64,000 bases of DNA from Blepharisma stoltei ATCC 30299. Its lineage: Eukaryota > Protista > Ciliophora. Below, piece by piece: positions 32,053 through 43,442 of the stretch. How positions within the stretch are numbered: position 1 is the stretch's first letter; each line of letters starts with the position of its first letter. The stretch spans positions 310,001 through 374,000 of the forward strand of contig CBFDEM010000048.1 of NCBI GenBank assembly GCA_965603825.1, written 5' to 3'. Position numbers and translations under genes: made by a program. The notes beneath the pieces are model-generated. The model had not been told where the DNA came from. It saw only the letters and a list, made by a program, of their open reading frames with translations, and made no database searches.

Positions 32053-33183
32053 TTAGAAGCACTTGCGGTGAACAATGCTAGCTCCTGCTTCATCATATTC
32101 AGCCTTGGTGACCCACATTTGTTGGAAGCTTGAAAGTGAGCTGAGAATTGACCCTCCAATCCAGACTGAGTATTTTCTTTCAGGTGGTGCAACAACTTTA
32201 ATTTTCATGCTTGGTGGTGCCTTTGCTACAAGTTCTTTGTTTAGTCTTTCAGCAATTCCTGGATACATAGTAGACCCTCCACTCATAACAACGTTTCCGT
32301 ATAAGTCTCTTCTGATATCCAGGTCACATTTCATGATTGATTTATAAGTAGTCTCGTCCATGCCGTCAATATCAAGCCCTAACAAGCTTGGCTGGAACAA
32401 AGCTTCTGGGGCTCTGAATCTTTCACTTCCAAGTGTAACTGTGCTTCCATCAGGCATCTCGTAGTTTTTCTCGATTTCTGAAGAAGTTCTAGCTTTGTTC
32501 ATTTCTTCTTGGAAGTCCAAAGCGACGTAGCAGAGTTTCTCTTTGATATCTCTGACGATTTCTTTTTCAGCTGAATTGGTCAGTGAGTGGCCTCTCTCAG
32601 TCATAAGTCTAACTAAGTGCAAGGTTAAGTCACGACCGGCGACGTCGATTCTTTGAATTGCATGAGGCAGAGCGTAGCCTTCATAGATTGGGACGACGTG
32701 GGTGACTCCATCGCCAGAATCCACTACCATACCAGTGGTTCTGCCAGAGCTGTATAATGACAGCACAGCTTGGATGGCGACGTAGAAAGCAGGGACGTTG
32801 AAAGTTTCGAACATGATTTGAGTCATCTTTTCTCTGTTGTTCTTAGGGTTCAGAGGAGCTTCAGTGAGTAGGACTGGGTGCTCGTCAGCTGGGACTCTTA
32901 ATTCGTTGAAGAAAGTATGATGCCAGATTCTTTCCATATCATCCCAGTTAGTAACAATCCCGTGCTCAATTGGATATTTAAGATTGAGAACACCTCTCTT
33001 AGCTTGTGCTTCATCACCAATATAGACTTCTTTTTGTTCAGTTCCTACAATGATTCCAGGCATTCTTGGGCGACCGACAATGCTTGGGAAGACAGCTCTT
33101 GGGGCATCGTCACCGGCTATACCGGCCTTGCACATTCCTGAACCGTTGTCAATGACGAGAGCTTGGACGTTCTGATCAACCAT
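32053..33183 (-). CDS. ACT1: Actin (conventional copy 1)
   Basis: Canonical [28 protein letters not shown]. Confidence 0.98.
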   Translation of the reverse strand: MVDQNVQALVIDNGSGMCKAGIAGDDAPRAVFPSIVGRPRMPGIIVGTEQKEVYIGDEAQAKRGVLNLKYPIEHGIVTNWDDMERIWHHTFFNELRVPADEHPVLLTEAPLNPKNNREKMTQIMFETFNVPAFYVAIQAVLSLYSSGRTTGMVVDSGDGVTHVVPIYEGYALPHAIQRIDVAGRDLTLHLVRLMTERGHSLTNSAEKEIVRDIKEKLCYVALDFQEEMNKARTSSEIEKNYEMPDGSTVTLGSERFRAPEALFQPSLLGLDIDGMDETTYKSIMKCDLDIRRDLYGNVVMSGGSTMYPGIAERLNKELVAKAPPSMKIKVVAPPERKYSVWIGGSILSSLSSFQQMWVTKAEYDEAGASIVHRKCF

Positions 33184-33719
33184 TTATAACCATTGACGAA
33201 ACATATTTGGAAAATCGAGACGAGATCAGTCGAAAAGTTGGGGAAGAAATAAAATGAAAATAAGCCTTATGAGATACGATAGTGAAAAGTGAGACAGGTT
33301 AATAATTTAGAAGAGCGTTAAATTGGAAAATAAGACAAGAAAAGAGAGATTTGGAGTTTTAAGAGAAATTGTTGACTATTTAAATGATTGAATGAGACAA
33401 GATGGGAAATTTTGTAGAGAAGATAGGAGGTGATAAGGACATTAAAGAATTGATAAAATAAGAATATGAGGAGGGGAATAGCATTGAGGGAGAAAAAGAC
33501 TTGGTGGGGTAATAAAATTAATTTTCTCTACCATTGTCATTTTTGTTTGAAATTTTTGTAATGTTGCATGCTAAGATTTAGATGATTTAATCCAGTTACT
33601 TTACTATTTGATTGGCAATAACTAAGATTGTGTTTATATCTTACATAAATTTATATTTATTTAAAATTAAGAATAAACGTATATTAAATCATTTATGAAA
33701 ACATTAAATATATATCCCA

Positions 33720-34850
33720 TTAGAAGCATTTGCGGTTAACAATGCTAGCTCCGCATTCATCATATTCAGCCTTGGTGACCCACATTTGTTGGAAGCTTGA
33801 AAGTGAGCTGAGAATTGACCCTCCAATCCAGACTGAGTATTTTCTTTCAGGTGGTGCAACAACTTTAATTTTCATACTTGGTGGTGTCTTTGCTACAAGT
33901 TCTTTGTTTAGTCTTTCAGCAATTCCTGGATACATAGTAGACCCTCCACTCATAACAACGTTTTCGTATAAGTCTCTTCTATCATCTATGTCACATTTCA
34001 TGATTGATTTATAAGTAATTTCGTCCATTCCGTCAATATCAAGCCCTAACAAGCTTGGCTGGAGCAAAGCTTCTGGGGCTCTAAATCTTTCATTTCCAAA
34101 TGTTGCTATGCTTCCATCAGGCATCTCGTAGTTTTTCTCGATTTCTGAAGAAGTCATTGCTTTGTTCATTTCTTCTTGGAAGTCCAAAGCGACATAGCAG
34201 AGTTTCTCTTTGATGTCTCTGACGATTTCTTTTTCAGCTGCGTTGGTCAGTAAGTGGCCTCTCTCATTCATAAGTCTAGCTAAGTGCAAGGTCAATTCGT
34301 TACCGGCGACATCGATTCTTTGAATTGCATAAGGCTGAGCGTAGCCTTCATAGACTGGGAAGGCGTGGGTGACTCCGTCGTCAGAATCCACGACCATACC
34401 AGTGATTCTGCCAGAGCTGTATAATGACAGCACAGCTTGGATGGCGACGTAGAAAGCAGGAACGTTAAAAGTTTCGAACATAATTTGGGTCATCTTTTCT
34501 CTGTATATCTTAGGGTTCAGAGGAACTTCAGTGAGTAGAACTGGGTTCTCGTCAGCTGGGACTCTTAATTCGTTGAAGAAAATATGATGCCAGATTCTTT
34601 CCATATCATCCCAGTTAGTAACAATGCCGTGCTCAATTGGATAGTTAAGATTGAGAACACCTCTATTAGCTTGTGCTTCATCACCAATATAGACTTCTTT
34701 TGATTCAGTTCCTTCAATGATTCCAGGCGTTCTTGGGCGACCGACAATGCTTGGGAAGACAGCTCTTGGGGCATCGTCACCGGCTATACCGGCCTTGCAC
34801 ATTCCTGAACCGTTATCAATGATGAGAGCTTGGACGTTCTGATTCACCAT
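33720..34850 (-). CDS. Actin, divergent tandem copy 2
   Basis: Full-length 376-aa frame with many substitutions, including DSGDG to DSDDG. Confidence 0.9.
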   Translation of the reverse strand: MVNQNVQALIIDNGSGMCKAGIAGDDAPRAVFPSIVGRPRTPGIIEGTESKEVYIGDEAQANRGVLNLNYPIEHGIVTNWDDMERIWHHIFFNELRVPADENPVLLTEVPLNPKIYREKMTQIMFETFNVPAFYVAIQAVLSLYSSGRITGMVVDSDDGVTHAFPVYEGYAQPYAIQRIDVAGNELTLHLARLMNERGHLLTNAAEKEIVRDIKEKLCYVALDFQEEMNKAMTSSEIEKNYEMPDGSIATFGNERFRAPEALLQPSLLGLDIDGMDEITYKSIMKCDIDDRRDLYENVVMSGGSTMYPGIAERLNKELVAKTPPSMKIKVVAPPERKYSVWIGGSILSSLSSFQQMWVTKAEYDECGASIVNRKCF

Positions 34851-35308
34851 TTCATTTTTGACGAAACATATTTGGAAAATCGAGACGAGATCAGTCAAAA
34901 AAAGTTGGGGAAGAAATAAAATGAAAATAAGCCTTATGAGATACGATAGTGAAAAGTGAGACAGGTTAATAATTTAGAAGAGCGTTAAATTGGAAAATAA
35001 GACAAGAAAAGAGAGATTTGGAGTTTTAAGGACATTAAAGAATTGATAAAATTAGGATATGAGGAGGGGAATAGCATTGAGGAGAAAAAAAGACTTGATG
35101 GGGTTATAAATTAATTTTCGCTACCATTGTCATTTTTGTTTGAAATTTTAGTAATGTTACATGTTAAGATGATTTAATCCAGTTACTTTACTATTTGATT
35201 GAAAATAACTAAGATTGTGTTTATTGTCTACATAAATTTATAATTCAGTAGAAATTAAGAATAAACTTATTATTAAATCATTTATAAAAACATTATATAC
35301 ATATCCTA

Positions 35309-36433
35309 TTAGAAGCATTTGCGGTGAACAATGCTAGCTCCTGCTTCATCATATTCAGCCTTGGTGATCCACATCTGTTGGAAGCTTGAAAGTGAGCTGA
35401 GAATTGACCCTCCAATCCAGACTGAGTATTTTCTTTCAGGTGGTGCAACAACTTTAATTTTCATACTTGGTGGTGCCTTTGCTACAAGTTCTTTGTTTAG
35501 TCTTTCAGCAATTCCTGGATACATAGTAGACCCTCCACTCATAACAACGTTTCCGTATAAGTCTCTTCTGATATCCAGGTCACATTTCATGATTGATTTA
35601 TAAGTAGTCTCGTCCATGCCGTTCCTATTATCAAGCCCTAACAAGCTTGGCTGGAACAAAGCTTCTGGGGCTCTGAATCTTTCACTTCCAAGTGTTACTG
35701 TGCTTCCATCAGGCATTTTGTAGTTTTTCTCGATTTCTGAAGAACTTCTAGCTTTGTTCATTTCTTCTTGGAAGTCCAAAGCGACATAGCAGAGTTTCTC
35801 TTTGATGTCTCTGACTTCACCTGAATTGGTCAGTGAGTGGCCTCTCTCATTCATCAGTTTAAATAAGTGTAAGGTCAAGTCACAACCGGCAACGTCGACT
35901 TGACACATTGCATGAGGCAGAGCATAGCCTTCATAGATTGGGACGACGTGGGTGACTCCATAGCCAGAATCCACGACAATGCCAGTAGTTCTGCCAGAGC
36001 TGTATAATGGCAACACAGCTTGGATGGCGACGTAGAAAGCAGGGACGAAGAAAGTTTCGAACATGACTTCAGTCATCTTTTCTCTGTTCCTCTTAGGGTT
36101 TCAAGGAGCTTCGGTGAGGAGGACTGGGTGCTTGTCAGGTGGGACTTTTAAATTGTCAAAGAAAGTATGATGCCAGATTCTTTCCATAAGATCCCAGTTA
36201 GTAACAATGCCGTACTCAATTGGATAATTTAGATAGAGATAACCTCGCTTAGCTTGTACTTCATCACCAATATAGACTTCTTTTTGTTCAGTTCCTACAA
36301 TGATTCCAGGATTCCTTGGGCGACCGACAATGCTTGGGAAGACAGCTCTTGGGGCATCGTCACCGGCTATACCGGCCTTGATCATTACAGAACCGTTGTC
36401 AATGATGATAGCTTGGACGTTCTGATCAACCAT
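35309..36433 (-). CDS. Actin, divergent tandem copy 3 (TGA 36101-36103 read as Trp)
   Basis: Two track ORFs join in frame as [13 protein letters not shown]; 374 aa with small indels. Confidence 0.85.
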
Positions 36434-37139
36434 TTATAACCATTGACGAAACATATTTGGAAGATCAGTCGAAAAGTTGGGGAAGAAATAAAATGAAAAT
36501 AAGCCTTATGAGATACGATAGTGAAAAGTGAGACAAATTAATAATTTAGAAGAGCGTTAAATTGGAAAATAAGACTAGAAAAGAAAGATTTGGAGTTTTA
36601 AGAGAAATTGTAGACTATTTAAATGATAGAATGAGATAAGACGGAAATTTTGCAGCGAAGATAGGAGGGGATAAGGACATAAAAGAATTGATAAAATAAG
36701 AATATGAGTAGGGGAATAGCATTGAGGGAGAAAAAGACTTGGTGGGGTAATAAATTAATTTTCTCTACCATTGCCAATTTTTTTTGAAATTTTATTAATT
36801 TTACATGCTAAGATTTATATTATTAATCAAGCTAATTTACTATTTGATTGCCAATAAATAAGATTGTGTTTATATTTTTATAAATTTATAAAATATTTGA
36901 AAATTAGAATAAATGTATATTAAATCATTTATGAAAAAATTAAATACATATCCCCTTAATTAAGTATCAGAAGTCGCTAGTTTTATAAATTCGAGATAAT
37001 TTTATTCAATTTTGCATATCAATGACTTTATTAATGCTGATATACTCTAACAAATTATTATAATTTATTCTTTGCAAGCCTTATTAATGCTTCAGCTCTT
37101 TTTAATTATTTTCCAATTACTTGCCTTACTCCAATACAC

Positions 37140-38102
37140 TTAATAATACTCCATATCTTCATTATGATGGTTCTTCATCCTTTTATCCGATAATCCATAA
37201 CAAAAATCACTATGAAACTGCCTTTTTAACCCCAACAAATTTCTTTGCCTATTCCTATGCAAACTTGCCTGGTAGCTCAATTTCACAAACTTTTCCAGTT
37301 CTCTACAAATAGTCGGCGATAGCGTCGTTAAATTTAATTTACTTTTCCCGCTTTTATCAAGCCCAGCAATCAATTTTACCTTCTCCTTTTGCTCTTTGCC
37401 TAATTTCTTGATATTTGCCCCCAAAACTTTCTTTTCTTGTAAGGTCATAGGCTTGTTCATATACTCTTTAACTACAAGCTTCTCACGTGGCATTTTTTTA
37501 ATTTCAGTTCCAGGACAAAACAAGACCCCTTCAAGGTCCTTGAATTGCCGCTCAAAATAAGTCGCCATTTCAAGAGTTATATAGAACATGTCAGAATCCA
37601 CTGCATTATATGTAAAGGAATTTAGCCAGATCCTTCTCATATCAGTTGCAAATTGCATTGAGTTAGAGTAAAGCCCAGCTTTCAGGTTTCTTTCAACTGT
37701 AGAAATATCGATAGGGTCTTGGATGATTTCTAAATAATCAGGGAGATTAAGGGCAACAGGGTCCACTGGTTGCAAAAAGGGAGCGACCAAGATGTGCATT
37801 TTGAGATTTTGGATGATTTCGTAGCATCTGCGAGCTGCTTCTCCGCCCATTTTTAGCCCAACGTCACGATCGGTCCATTCAGAATAAGTGTTGATTCTAA
37901 TCCTCTCTTTTTGACGAGAACGACTACGTTTCTTGTATTTTTTCTTTTCTGAATCCGTAGACGGACTTTCTGGATCTTTGATAGCTGTGCCTTCGAGTTT
38001 AAAACCAGCTGGCAAAAGTTTATTTAGCTTGCTGAGATGTGAAATCGGCAGAGAAAATATTTCAGAGGGTGGCTCTGAAGCTCGTCTTCTAGTAAGCGCC
38101 AT
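37140..38102 (-). CDS. Bromodomain + ET(NET)-domain protein (BET/GTE-like)
   Basis: PFLQPVDPVALNLPDY.EII..PID...D...IW.N...YN, then PMTLQEKKVLGANIKKL. Confidence 0.88.
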   Translation of the reverse strand: MALTRRRASEPPSEIFSLPISHLSKLNKLLPAGFKLEGTAIKDPESPSTDSEKKKYKKRSRSRQKERIRINTYSEWTDRDVGLKMGGEAARRCYEIIQNLKMHILVAPFLQPVDPVALNLPDYLEIIQDPIDISTVERNLKAGLYSNSMQFATDMRRIWLNSFTYNAVDSDMFYITLEMATYFERQFKDLEGVLFCPGTEIKKMPREKLVVKEYMNKPMTLQEKKVLGANIKKLGKEQKEKVKLIAGLDKSGKSKLNLTTLSPTICRELEKFVKLSYQASLHRNRQRNLLGLKRQFHSDFCYGLSDKRMKNHHNEDMEYY

Positions 38103-38428
38103 ATATTTTTAGATAATTATTACGATAATTTTAGTTTTAATTTTATAAATTAAAAAATGAAAGATAAATTAGCATTTATTCTTGGAAATACTTCAATTAT
38201 TTAAGTAAATTGAAATTCAATTTAATGAATTTATTCATTATTCAAAAAGTGTTGATTTTCAAGAAATTATCCAAATAATTATATTTATTAAAAATTTCTT
38301 TTTATTAATATTTTAGCAGTATAAAAATGTTTAATTCTATTTTCTTCTGCAAAAAGACTAAGTTAATATCTTTAAAATTCGACGCACATTACATAAAAGA
38401 AATTAAGTTAAGGATATAACCAATATTC

Positions 38429-40114
38429 TTAAATTAAATCAGAAAATGGATCTCTTGATATATTTCCTTTTGGCTGTTGAGTTCCGAACGGATTTGAAGT
38501 AGCTGTCTTCGGAGCAGAAAACGGGTTAGAAGCTGGGTTTGAAGACTCAAAAGGATTTGAAGCTCTTTGATGAGGCTGAGTAAACAACCCATCTAAAGAT
38601 GATCCTGCATTTACAGGAAAAGTCCCCTGGTTTGCTTGAGTTCCTGGATATGGATTTGCTCCAGTAGAAGCTCTATTGAATGGGTTATTTCTCTTATCAG
38701 GAACCGCATTTCCAATAGGCTGTGAAAGTGGATCTAAATTTGATTTGGCATTAGCCCCAGTTTGCATTGCAGGATTCATCATCATTCCAGTCATCATAGG
38801 GTTCATCATTGGGTTCATCATCATTCCAGTCATGAACGGATTCATCATTGGGTTCATCATTGGATTCATCATCGGGTTCATCATCATTCCTGTCATCATT
38901 GGGTTCATCATTGGGTTCATCATAGGGTTCATCATAGCATTAGGATCGCCTGGATTCCCAGGATTTGTAGGTGGCTGGTTAAACGCAGACATCACAAATT
39001 CAGCCTTTGGGTCAACTTTTTGAGCTGAAGGAGGAGTGATTTCTTGGAATATTAAGTCGTCATCTTGCTTCACAGCTGCTTCTTGTCTAGGCTGCGACGC
39101 TGGAGGAGGGTTTCGCTTTTTTTCTTCTTCAACCTTTTTATTATGCTGCTTTTCATACTCCTCAAGCATTTTCCGTTGTTCTTCTAATTCTGAAGGGGAC
39201 ATATGAAGATCTTCTGGGATATCAACGGCACGTTCTGCTGACGGAACATGCTCAGGCTGTTCTGATATATAAGATCTCATTGATGACACAATTTCTCTTG
39301 GTCTATTCACAAATGTAGGTGGTGCAAGTCCTGAAAACGGCAAATGATGTGCTAACTCAAAGAACTGGCTCAGCATTCTTGTACAAGTTTCAAAGCGCTT
39401 ATAATGCTCCATTGAAATTTCTGCAATTTGTCTATCAAACCCAAAAAATCTATCTACCATTTTGTCAAGTGCTACAGAAATCACTCTGTAAAGTGGCGTG
39501 GCATCTTTCAAAACTAAAAACGCTGCGTTCTGAGTGACTTTTAATTGGTAATTTCTGATAGCCTGGCTGAAGCTAGGCCCCATTTTCACCAAATTTTGCA
39601 GCTCAGTCAACAAATACCCAATTTCTTTTACCAAGTCCGCATCTGTCATTTTTTCAATTGCTTTAAATAAGTCAGTTTGCTGAGTTAGCATAAGCGAGCC
39701 TTTGCGAGAATGGTTCAAGGCTTTAGATCGGATAAAGACATAATAGTCTTGGATTATCTGATTGTGGGCACTGCCACGCTCGCTGGGATCATTAAAGCTT
39801 TGCATTGAAATATTTAACTCAGCAAGACGTGATGAGTAGCCTGTTCCAACCTGTTCGATCCCACGGTGAAGGATTATATAAGCTTTAAGAAGGGTAGCCC
39901 AGCTGCTTGTCAAGAGCTGCTGGGTCAGAAGTGAAAAGGCTACTTCTGGAGGAGTTTGGATGTTCTGGCCTTGAAGGGTCCACAAGACTGTCTGGACGTG
40001 CTTTTCTTTTGGAGGGTCGTTGTCACCGTGATAAGTAGCTTTGAGCAGAGATTTCTCGTATTTTGTACGAGCGCCGAGGGCGTGGAGTGATCTTTTGATA
40101 TTTGCTGCCGACAT
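38429..40114 (-). CDS. ANTH-domain clathrin adaptor (AP180/PICALM-like)
   Basis: LLKAT..D..PPKEKHV, W...LK..I.LHR; C-terminal NPF x5 and DPF motifs. Confidence 0.88.
   Translation of the reverse strand: MSAANIKRSLHALGARTKYEKSLLKATYHGDNDPPKEKHVQTVLWTLQGQNIQTPPEVAFSLLTQQLLTSSWATLLKAYIILHRGIEQVGTGYSSRLAELNISMQSFNDPSERGSAHNQIIQDYYVFIRSKALNHSRKGSLMLTQQTDLFKAIEKMTDADLVKEIGYLLTELQNLVKMGPSFSQAIRNYQLKVTQNAAFLVLKDATPLYRVISVALDKMVDRFFGFDRQIAEISMEHYKRFETCTRMLSQFFELAHHLPFSGLAPPTFVNRPREIVSSMRSYISEQPEHVPSAERAVDIPEDLHMSPSELEEQRKMLEEYEKQHNKKVEEEKKRNPPPASQPRQEAAVKQDDDLIFQEITPPSAQKVDPKAEFVMSAFNQPPTNPGNPGDPNAMMNPMMNPMMNPMMTGMMMNPMMNPMMNPMMNPFMTGMMMNPMMNPMMTGMMMNPAMQTGANAKSNLDPLSQPIGNAVPDKRNNPFNRASTGANPYPGTQANQGTFPVNAGSSLDGLFTQPHQRASNPFESSNPASNPFSAPKTATSNPFGTQQPKGNISRDPFSDLI
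38775..38937 (-). repeat. Coding 12-nt tandem repeat (MMNP / MMTG)n
   Basis: CATCATTGGGTT-type units repeated about 12 times. Confidence 0.9.
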
Positions 40115-40534
40115 TTTTGATTATATAAAGCGTTTTGAATTTTAAAGCCAAGAAAACAGCAGAGGGAAGATCTTATAGCATGATAATGGAGTTATAAAAT
40201 CCTGTGAGAAATATTAATATTTGGTAATACTGATAATGAGAGAAAAAGTACTATTTGAGTTTGTAAGTTTCATTTTAAGCTTTCCAAAAGTAATAATTGG
40301 AGAAAATTCTTGAGTTTCAAAATCTTGGTGTTTCAGTAAATTTAAAGCTATTAGCTTGGTTTCAGATTGAATTTTGATATATAATAATGAGATTTTATTA
40401 AAAAATATATTTTTGATAAAATTTAGAACGCTTTATTTTTTCGCAATAATTCCAATAAGGATTTAATTAAAGAGTGGGAATTCAAAAAAATTCAAATAAA
40501 TTTAAAATAAAACGCATCTCATTTTAAATCTAAA

Positions 40535-41230
40535 ATGGGCTGTCTAAGTTCAAGGTCGCACTCAAGTATTGAAGCTACCTTAGTTGAAAACGAAAAATTT
40601 TTAGGATTTTGCCAGCTTGATGCAGAAGTGACAGATTCAATTATTCGTAAATTTAGCTTCAATCGGAAGATTAATTGCTCCCAGCTTTCTAAAATTGCTG
40701 AGTCTCTAAATATACATATAGAAGACTACGACGCACATGCAAACATTACAAAAATGTATAACAGACTTAAAAACTCAGATAACGAAATATTAATGAGGGA
40801 TTTATTAACTATTGGAATTTTATTGAGTAAAGGAAGAAATATCACAAAAGCAACACTTTTATTTCAAATTTTTGATGAAACGTTAGAAGAAGAAATAGAA
40901 ATAACGAGAATAAAAGGGCAGGTTTTTAGGACTATTTCGAGGAATTCTATATATATTTTGGGTGCGCTTATTGATGAAAATAACGAGGACTCTACAAAGA
41001 GGATTCAGAATTATTTTAAAACTTTGAAGCGAGCAGAAATTTTTGCGATAGATAATGTTGTTGATTTTATTTTAGATGACAAAAGAAAGCCAACTATAAG
41101 CGAAAAAGGGTTTGTTGAAGGTATGTGTCGTTTTCAGAGTGGAAAATTATTAACTGCTTCAGGGTGGAGAAAATACTTAGCAAGTTTTGAAGAAAAACTT
41201 CCTTTAGAGCTTCAAAATTCTCAATTATAG
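40535..41230 (+). CDS. N-acylated (MGC) protein with degenerate EF-hand-like region
   Basis: MGCLSS start; GILLSKG...KA.LLFQIFD. Confidence 0.7.
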   Translation: MGCLSSRSHSSIEATLVENEKFLGFCQLDAEVTDSIIRKFSFNRKINCSQLSKIAESLNIHIEDYDAHANITKMYNRLKNSDNEILMRDLLTIGILLSKGRNITKATLLFQIFDETLEEEIEITRIKGQVFRTISRNSIYILGALIDENNEDSTKRIQNYFKTLKRAEIFAIDNVVDFILDDKRKPTISEKGFVEGMCRFQSGKLLTASGWRKYLASFEEKLPLELQNSQL

Positions 41231-41335
41231 GAGGCTAAATTTTTCGTGGAATATAAAACACAAATAAGTTATTTACATTACATAAATGCTTAATTTATTA
41301 TATAAGCCAGCTTGGAGGAAAAATTTTTGTCCAGG

Positions 41336-41620
41336 TTATTCCAAATAATTGGGTCGTTTTTCTTTTATATTGGAGTTATTTATTTCGTCTATCGTTATAT
41401 CCGGCAGAGGTAAGTCGTTATCAGTCTCATAAACGCTTGATAATACAGATTCGTCCAAAGCGGACTGAGGTTGCTTTATTCTTGTAATTTGAAAATTAAT
41501 TTGGCTATGAAGGACTGATTTTGAAATGCTATCTTGGAGTGGAGTACATTTCGCCATATCATAATTCTCTGACATAATCATTTGATGAGGTTCAGACTTG
41601 AGGCTATTGCAGCAGCCCAT
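41336..41620 (-). CDS. Small MGCC-start hypothetical protein
   Basis: ATG after AT-rich leader; dual acylation motif; ends in TAA. Confidence 0.55.
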   Translation of the reverse strand: MGCCNSLKSEPHQMIMSENYDMAKCTPLQDSISKSVLHSQINFQITRIKQPQSALDESVLSSVYETDNDLPLPDITIDEINNSNIKEKRPNYLE

Positions 41621-41773
41621 TTAATTTATAATTTTCTTTAGACTTATTCGTTTTATGAAAAAACTCCAAATTTATAAAATCATTATTATAAAACTATCGC
41701 AAATGTATCTCTTAATTAAAATTAATTATTTTGATACTGAAGGAATGATACACAACTCTTGTCTTTTTATCAT

Positions 41774-42658
41774 TTATTTGTTTTTTACTTGATGTTTATT
41801 AAACTTCCCTTGATTTCAATATCCAACCACCTGTTTTCCATTAGCAAGAGTAATCTTTCCTTTTCCATGCCTCTTATCACTTTTGAAATTCCCCATGTAT
41901 ACATTTCCATTCGGCCACTTAAATACTCCATATCCTTCTCTTTTCCCATTCACCCATTCCCCTGAATAAGATTTTCCATTGTTTCATTTATAAGTCCCAC
42001 TTCCATGAAACTTATTCTTTTTAACTCCTCCTTTATAATGGCTCCCATCAGCCCAAATGAATTCTCCTTGTCCTTCTTTGCTTCCATTGACATATTCTCC
42101 AACATACATATCTTTATTAGGCCAAATTTCTGTGCCTTTGCCATGAGGCTGGTCGTTCCATCATTCTCCTTCATACTTCGAGCCATCTGCTTTAATAAAA
42201 GTGCCATATCCGTGTGCTTGGTCGTCTTTTCAATCTCCATTATAAGCATTGCCTTGGCAATCAGTGAATTTTCCTTTTCCGTTTGCTTTGTCATTTTTCC
42301 ATGATCCTTCATATACAGATCCATCAGGCCAAGTATGAATTCCTTGGCCTTCTCTGACGTTACCATTCAATTCACCTTTGTAAAGTCCTCCGTCTTCGAA
42401 AAATTTTCCGATTTCGTCATTATTTTCTCGGTTATCTTCAGCTAAAAAATCGGCGGTATTATCTGTATGTCTCATCTCAACGAAGTCAGACATTTCTTTG
42501 TTTAATTTTTTCCTTAATGAGTAGCCTCGCCATGTTGCTTGGAATTTTATAATATTAGACATATCGAGCTTTCGCTTGGGTTCGACTCTGAGATCTTCGA
42601 TTTCATCTGTGTCAATTTGTTCAGATGTAACATATTGGCATGGACAACTGTTTCCCAT
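41774..42658 (-). CDS. IQ-motif + MORN-repeat protein (4 TGA codons)
   Basis: IIKFQATWRGY (IQ) and about 8 YxGxWxxxxxxGxG repeats, with TGA at MORN Trp positions. Confidence 0.9.
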
Positions 42659-42942
42659 AATTTATAAAAAAGATTTATAGTTCCATATTATATGAATAAC
42701 CAAAGGTCGAATATTACTTTATCAGCATAAGCACACTTAAGTACTTTGAGTCAAAATTATCATCATTTCAAACTAATTACGTATTAGAATTATATTTTAT
42801 GCTTTAAGCATTTTCAAATATAAAATTATTAATAATTTGCAATAAAGTGAGTGCTGCTTTGAGTAGCATTTCATTTTGAAATCTTTATATTCTTATATCA
42901 TAGTGATCAGTTGCAAAAGCATAGCAAGGTCCATTTTAATAA

Positions 42943-43305
42943 ATGAATAAAGAGCTCAGGCGCATTTTATCTGGGGTACCTATAGTAGACCAAGAAGGAA
43001 GCATTAATCATAGATACTTCGCAGATTTTCCAGGAGCTTATTGGTCACAAGATGATGAAAATCAGCTATTAAAAGGAATTGAAGATTTCGGTGTAGGAGA
43101 ATATGAAGAAATTGCCGAGAAATACATGCCAAATAAATCACCAATTGAATTAAAATTAAGAACTTGCATTTTGCTTGGAGCTTACAACTTAGATGAATGG
43201 AACGGATTGAAAGATCCCAAAAGAATTGGCGCAATTAAGAAAGCAAACGAAAAGATGGGCAAAAAAAGCGGGAAATGGCAATATGGGATCTATATCAATA
43301 ATTAA
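42943..43305 (+). CDS. p2: Myb/SANT-like small protein, probable p2 subunit of the MTA1c DNA N6-adenine methyltransferase complex
   Basis: G.IN..YF....G.YWS......L.KGIE.FGVG....I.......IEL.LRTC..LG......G.K......IKK.N...GKK matches my recollection of Tetrahymena/Oxytricha p2 along its whole length. Confidence 0.75.
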   Translation: MNKELRRILSGVPIVDQEGSINHRYFADFPGAYWSQDDENQLLKGIEDFGVGEYEEIAEKYMPNKSPIELKLRTCILLGAYNLDEWNGLKDPKRIGAIKKANEKMGKKSGKWQYGIYINN

Positions 43306-43442
43306 ACTGATATTTTTTTTAACTACTTTAGGTCTATAGAAAATTTTTAATTTTCTTATAAGTTTTTATTTTATTATCTATATTTCTATATCTATAAAAT
43401 TAGAGAAAGCTGCACTTGCTTACACAAAATGCTACGTATAAT

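Larger units (their letters stand above)
32053..36958. repeat. Tandem triplication of a ~1.6 kb unit (actin CDS plus ~500 bp upstream)
   Basis: The non-coding block GACGAAACATATTTGG...AAGTTGGGGAAGAAATAAAATGAAAATAAGCCTTATGAGATACGATAGTG recurs near 33196, 34860 and 36445. Confidence 0.93.

Noticed and set aside
32370-32390. CCCTAACA, resembling a heterotrich telomere unit, in each actin copy
   Set aside because: Single copy inside the CDS (LLGL codons); no tandem tract.
38775-38937. CRISPR-like or telomeric array
   Set aside because: Coding tandem repeat without unique spacers.
38676-39028. His-rich and GFII-repeat ORFs on the + strand
   Set aside because: Antisense shadows of the (MMNP)n repeat in the ANTH gene.
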